A stretch of DNA of 64,000 nucleotides from the human T2T-CHM13v2.0 reference genome, Homo sapiens: NCBI RefSeq assembly GCF_009914755.1, contig NC_060928.1; one strand, written 5' to 3'. Shown one piece after another: positions 58,899-64,000 of the stretch. The stretch's first letter is position 1, and each line of letters begins with the position of its first letter. The translations under genes and the position numbers were made by a program. Below the pieces are notes generated by a model. The model was not told the origin of the DNA. It made no database searches and saw only the letters and a program-made list of their open reading frames with translations.

Positions 58899-59194
58899 GC
58901 CAGGCGCAGTGGCTGACGCCTGTAATCCCAGCACTTTGGGAGGCTGAGGAGGGTGGATCACAAGGTCAGGAGTTCAAGACCAGCCTGGCCAAGATGGTGA
59001 AACCCTGTCTCTACTAAAAATACAAAAATCAGCCAGGTATGGTGGTGTGCACCTGTAATCCCAGCTACTCAGGAGGCTAGGGCAGAGAACTGCTTGAACC
59101 CGGGAGGATGGAGGTTGCAGTGAGCCAAGATCGCGCCACTGCACTCCAGCCTGGGCGACAGAGTGAGACTCCATCCAAAAAAAAAAAAAAAAAA
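58899..59194 (+). mobile_element. AluSg-like with TSD AGAAATATC(C/T)ATTGTT
   Basis: Alu dimer, poly-A and direct repeats. Confidence 0.92.
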
Positions 59195-59405
59195 AGAAAT
59201 ATCTATTGTTCAGAACTTATGAGGAGAATGTTTTACATTTGAAATGCCCCACAGATGAAAAAAAATATTTTCTTTTCTCTGGGCAAATTTATTTTTTATT
59301 TTAAAGAACAAGCTTTAGAATACTGAAAGATAAAAATAAATCTATTATTAAATGAAGAAAAGTGGAAGAAATTTAGAACACTTAAATATATAAAGAGATA
59401 TTCAC

Positions 59406-59598
59406 CATGAATATACTTCACTACATTGACACTAAGACCATGACGAGATATGGTCATGAGGACTTCTCCAGCACTCTTTCTCCAAGGCAGGTTATAGGGA
59501 GGGCACCAAGAGGTTATTGCACTGAATAGAAGCTGGAGATCATCTTTCTGAGCCAGCTCCTCCGCAGGGGAAACAAAACTGCACAGTTTCACTAAGAT
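59406..59598 (-). CDS. WDFY3: WDFY3 coding exon 1 of 23 in window (ILVKLCSF...VVKYIH), 193 nt, phase 0->1
   Basis: ttttttag|ATCTTA acceptor, CATG|gtgaat donor; inside ORF 59296..59592. Confidence 0.93.
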
Positions 59599-59632
59599 CT
59601 AAAAAATAAAACAAAACAAAACAAGAGTGTAT

Positions 59633-60653
59633 AAGCAAAAATCAAATAATCTGATTTAAAAATGGGCAAATGAGCTGAATGGACTGCTCTCAAAAGAAGA
59701 CATAGAAATGGCCAACAGGTATATGAAAAAATGCTCAACATCACTAATCATCAGGGAAATGAAAATTAAAACCACAATAAAGTATCACCTCAAGCCAGTT
59801 AGAATGGCTATTATCAAAGATAAAAAAGAACAGATGCTGGTAAGGAAGTAGAGAAAGGGGAACTCCTATATACTGTTGGTGAGAATGTAAATTAGTACAG
59901 CCATTATGAAAAACAGTATGGAGGATCCTCAGAAAAGTAAAAATACAACTACCATATGATCTAGCAATCCCCCTACTGAGGGTATATATCCAAAGGAAAT
60001 GAAATTCGTATGTCAAAGAGATAGCTGCACTGCCATGTTTACTGCAGCACTATTCCCAATAGCCAAAATTTAGAATCAACCTAAGTATCCAACAGATGAA
60101 TGGATAAAGAAAACATGGAATATATATACAATCTAATACTATTCAGCCATAAAAAAGAATGAAATTTTGTCATTAAAGGCAACATGGATAAGCTTGGAGG
60201 ACATTATGTTAAGGAAAATAATCCAGGCACAGAAAGATGAATATTGAATGCTTTCATTCATATGTAGAAGTTTAAAAAGTTGATCTCATGAAAGTAAAGA
60301 GTAGAGTTTTGGTTACCAAGGGTGGATAAGGGAAGGCGAGTGGGGCAAGCTAAAGGCTGGTTAAGGGATACTGAAGTATAGTTGGGAGTAAGTTCTAGTG
60401 TTCTATAGCACTATAGAGTGAATATTATTAAAAAAACAATGTATTGTATATTTTTAAATAGGTAGAAGAATGAATTTTAAATGTTCCCAATGCAAAGAAA
60501 TAATAAATGTTTGAGGTGATGGATATATATACGCTAGTTACCCTTGATTCGATCATTACACATTGTATACACAAAAATTATTACACTGTGACCTATAAAT
60601 ATATGCAATTATTATTTGTCAATTAAAATTAATAATGAAAGTTTAAAAACCGT
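59633..60653 (+). mobile_element. 5'-truncated L1MA (about 1 kb), TSD AAGAGTGTAT
   Basis: ORF2 end plus L1MA-type 3'UTR; direct repeats at 59623-59632 and 60654-60663. Confidence 0.87.
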
Positions 60654-61387
60654 AAGAGTGTATGTAAGTAAATAAATGGCTGATTATGTTATGACAGTAA
60701 ACTAGTCCTACTTATATCACCTGATTTTTTAAAAAACATTTACTATCCTCTCTTCACCCTAATATTTTTGCATACCGTGGCTTGAAACAAGATAAAATAG
60801 CATTGCTTTTCCAAGTCAACATTTTATTTTTCTAACTTAGTTCTTTAATTTTTAGTTTGCCACTGGCGAAATGTAATTTTCTTCTCTAAAAAGGACAGTT
60901 TTAGAAAAAAAAGGAAGTAAAAATAGATCTTTAAAAGCAAAGATATTTTGAAATTTTTTCAATTTTCTATACAAGTAATAGAGGATATTAGAGTATAAAT
61001 AATCTTCATTTCAGAGTATTTTAAATCTAGTTGCCAAAAACCTAAAGTCTGGCTTTCAAAGAAGACTCAAGACTTCTTAAGTACTGGAATGAGAACTTAT
61101 TCTTTAACTGTGATTTGCAGAATACATACTACACAAGAGCACACACCATTAAGAGCCTGCCACTTGGGAATTCAGCAATGGTTTCTGCCCTCAATGGGCT
61201 CTTTCTTCTAATACCAGTTCAGGTTAGGAAAAGTTAACTTTTCTTCTCTTTGCTAAATTTTCTCATCTAAGTATTTTTTAAAATATATAGTATGAATGAA
61301 ATAACTATAACTCATGACATCATTTTATTCTCTTGAAAAAGAGCGCTTCATGAAATTTTGGTATTTCAGCATCAGTGGAAAATAGCA

Positions 61388-61740
61388 GCCAGGTGTGGTG
61401 GCTCATGCCTGTAATCCTAGCACTTTGGGAGGCCCAAGGTAGGCAGATTACTTGAGTCCAGGAGTTTGAGACCAGCCTGGGCAACATGGTAAAACTCCAT
61501 CTCTACAAAAAATTAGCTAGGCATGGTGGCAAGTTACTCAGGAGGCTGAAATGAGAGGATCACCTGAGCCCGGGAGGTCGAGGCTGCAGTGAGCTGTGAT
61601 CATGCCACTGCACTTCAGTCTAGATGACAGAGTGAGACCTTGTCTCAAAAGAGAAAAAGAAAAGAAAAGAAAAGAAAAGAAAAGAGAAGAGAAGAGAAGA
61701 GAACAGAACAGAAGAGAACAGAAGAGAACAGAAGAGAAGC
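61388..61740 (+). mobile_element. AluJ with compound (GAAAA)n/(GAAGA)n/(GAACA)n tail
   Basis: Alu dimer plus pentanucleotide tail at 61648-61740. Confidence 0.9.
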
Positions 61741-62344
61741 GAAGCTCAATAGAGAGAGGTAGCTGAAATATCACATTTTATCTAAGAAAACTAGGCCTTC
61801 CTTTTCCTATTTCCCTCAAATGCAAAAACTTGCTTAGATATAAAAGCTTTCTAATTCATAGCTGCCAAGTATCAGAAAGGAAAAAAAGGTTTAAGAATTC
61901 ATAAAAACAATAAAATATTTATAAAATCAGTAAATATGGTACCCTTCCCACCAAATGCCTGGAGAAACTGCTGGATACCAAATGTCCATTAATATGTGTA
62001 ATATGTCATCATCTTTTACCATATGTGAATACAGACAGTTAAATGCAACAAAAAAGTGTATTCTCAGAGGGGTGTATTAGTGATTATAGTTGTTGTTGGT
62101 TCTGACACTGCCTTATGTGATTAGCGAGACAAATGCCAGTTTTCCAATTTGGTACATAGAAAACAAACCCACAAATAATAAAATACTTTTTTACAAATCA
62201 AATCACTGTTCTCAAACTGGATGCAAGGATTTCTTGAATTTGTTGACTTATAAGATAACTGGTTCATCTTTATAGGCAGAAGGATTCTTACAAATAATCT
62301 AGTACGATCCTTTCATTTTTACAGAACAGAAAACTGTAAAGTCA

Positions 62345-62682
<338 letters not shown>

Positions 62683-64000
62683 TTATATTTGTAAGAACTC
62701 TGTTACAAAAGTCCAACCAAGTGTGGCAGAGCAATAACTGGCCACATCAACAACAACAAAAAAACTGAATGCCTGCATGAAGCATTACCAAATGCTAAAG
62801 TCCCAGGAAACCGTCTGTCACATAATACAAACGTAGGGATTGCATCTATTTTAAAACATTTAATAAGTTCGTGTCAATTGGTTTCCTAGACACAATGATG
62901 AAAACATTAGCCTGCGATGAGGAACTAAAACAAAGAAAGTGATACACTAAAAGCAGCAGTGAACTAGGAGTTGGGAGAGCTAGGTTTTTATCACTGTCAC
63001 TTGCCTACTATGGATCATAAACCGGAATATTAGTTTCCACAACTGTAAATGAGGAGTTTGATTTAAATTATGTTTTGAGTCCCTTTTGGCCTTAATATTC
63101 AATGACTTCAGTATGCTAAAGTGACTCCCACATGATCGAAAGTCAGCACCTGGTTTTCAAATAGAAATAATTTTTTAAAAAACTTTGCTATGCTTATGTA
63201 GGTATTAAAAGTATAAAATGCAGATTCCATTTATTACCTAAGGCATTAGTTCTTTAAAAGGGGTTTATTGAAATGAGGCTGCTATTCTAATCAGCAAAGA
63301 TTAACCCACCACATTCATCGGCAATATCTTCAAGCAGCTATAATTCCTATGCGATTTACTCCTTCATTTATTCCCATTGCTTTTCTTAGCCAATCTAATT
63401 CAGGAATCAGATAGATCTGAGTTCTAATCCTATTCCTGCCATTTGCTTACATAATCATTTTGGGGAAAAACAAAAGCTCTGAAGTCGTGGGGTTATCTTG
63501 CAAATTGAGATGTGAGATGAGAAATGTTAACCACAAGCACAAAAGTGTCTAACAGATCAAGTGTTCAATAAACATACTGATTTAGTATTTTACTTGATAA
63601 TCCCATTCATTTACTTTCTAAAACTGTCTTGGTCTCACTCTCTCCTGTCCTTTCATCACTAGCAGCTCTACCAAACAGAGTCATCCTTACAGTAAAGAGC
63701 CCAGTGACATGAGGTGAGCCTGCAACCATTACTCTATACAGCTCTATCTTTTCTACCCCAATCCACTGTTCTCTCTATTCGCTTCCTACTCTCAGTAGTG
63801 GTGATGGTGGCAGTGGCAGTAATCACAGTTACTTCTCCTTCCTATCTACTATGTGCTAAGCTGAAAATCGTACCTTTACATATTATGTCATTTAAGCCTC
63901 AAAAAACCTTTTAGGTAGATATCATTTTCATTTTACAGGTGCGAAATCTGCATCTTAGATGACTTTGCTTTAGAGAACTAGATCTAAACATGTTGTTTTT

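Noticed and set aside
61335-61362. cgcttcatgaaattt resembling the reverse complement of the U6 3' end (also aaaaatatggaa near 26658)
   Set aside because: Matches of about 12-15 nt with no extension; expected by chance
62789-62814. Possible 26-nt microexon on the minus strand (gacag|ACGG...TTTG|gtaatg)
   Set aside because: Weak pyrimidine tract and donor; such pairs are common by chance and need conservation or read support

Overview
Human/primate genomic DNA: AT-rich, dense in Alu, L1, L2, MIR and MER repeats, with no CpG island. The whole window lies inside one large minus-strand gene that I recognise from the translation as WDFY3 (ALFY, the BEACH/WD40/FYVE selective-autophagy scaffold). 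I traced 23 consecutive internal coding exons from 59598 down to 819. All have GT-AG boundaries and matching phases, giving 4273 nt of continuous ORF (about 1424 codons: N-terminal helical/ARM-like region plus a ConA/LamG-like domain). The start and stop codons lie outside the window. The introns hold about 24 Alus, several L1/L2/MIR fragments, Tigger/MER DNA transposons and a MER34-like solo LTR. I found no sign of a new multi-gene system, CRISPR array or foreign DNA. The best leads are hypotheses about splicing control and genome evolution: UG-repeat/cryptic donor pairs of the TDP-43 type, an in-frame 84-nt cassette-like exon with a competing internal donor, an L1 inserted inside a 3' splice-site region, a TSD-less AluYd with an AATAAA-rich tail, two Alus inserted at one nick site, and several young local duplications. 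Repeat subfamily calls and boundaries are by eye and approximate.
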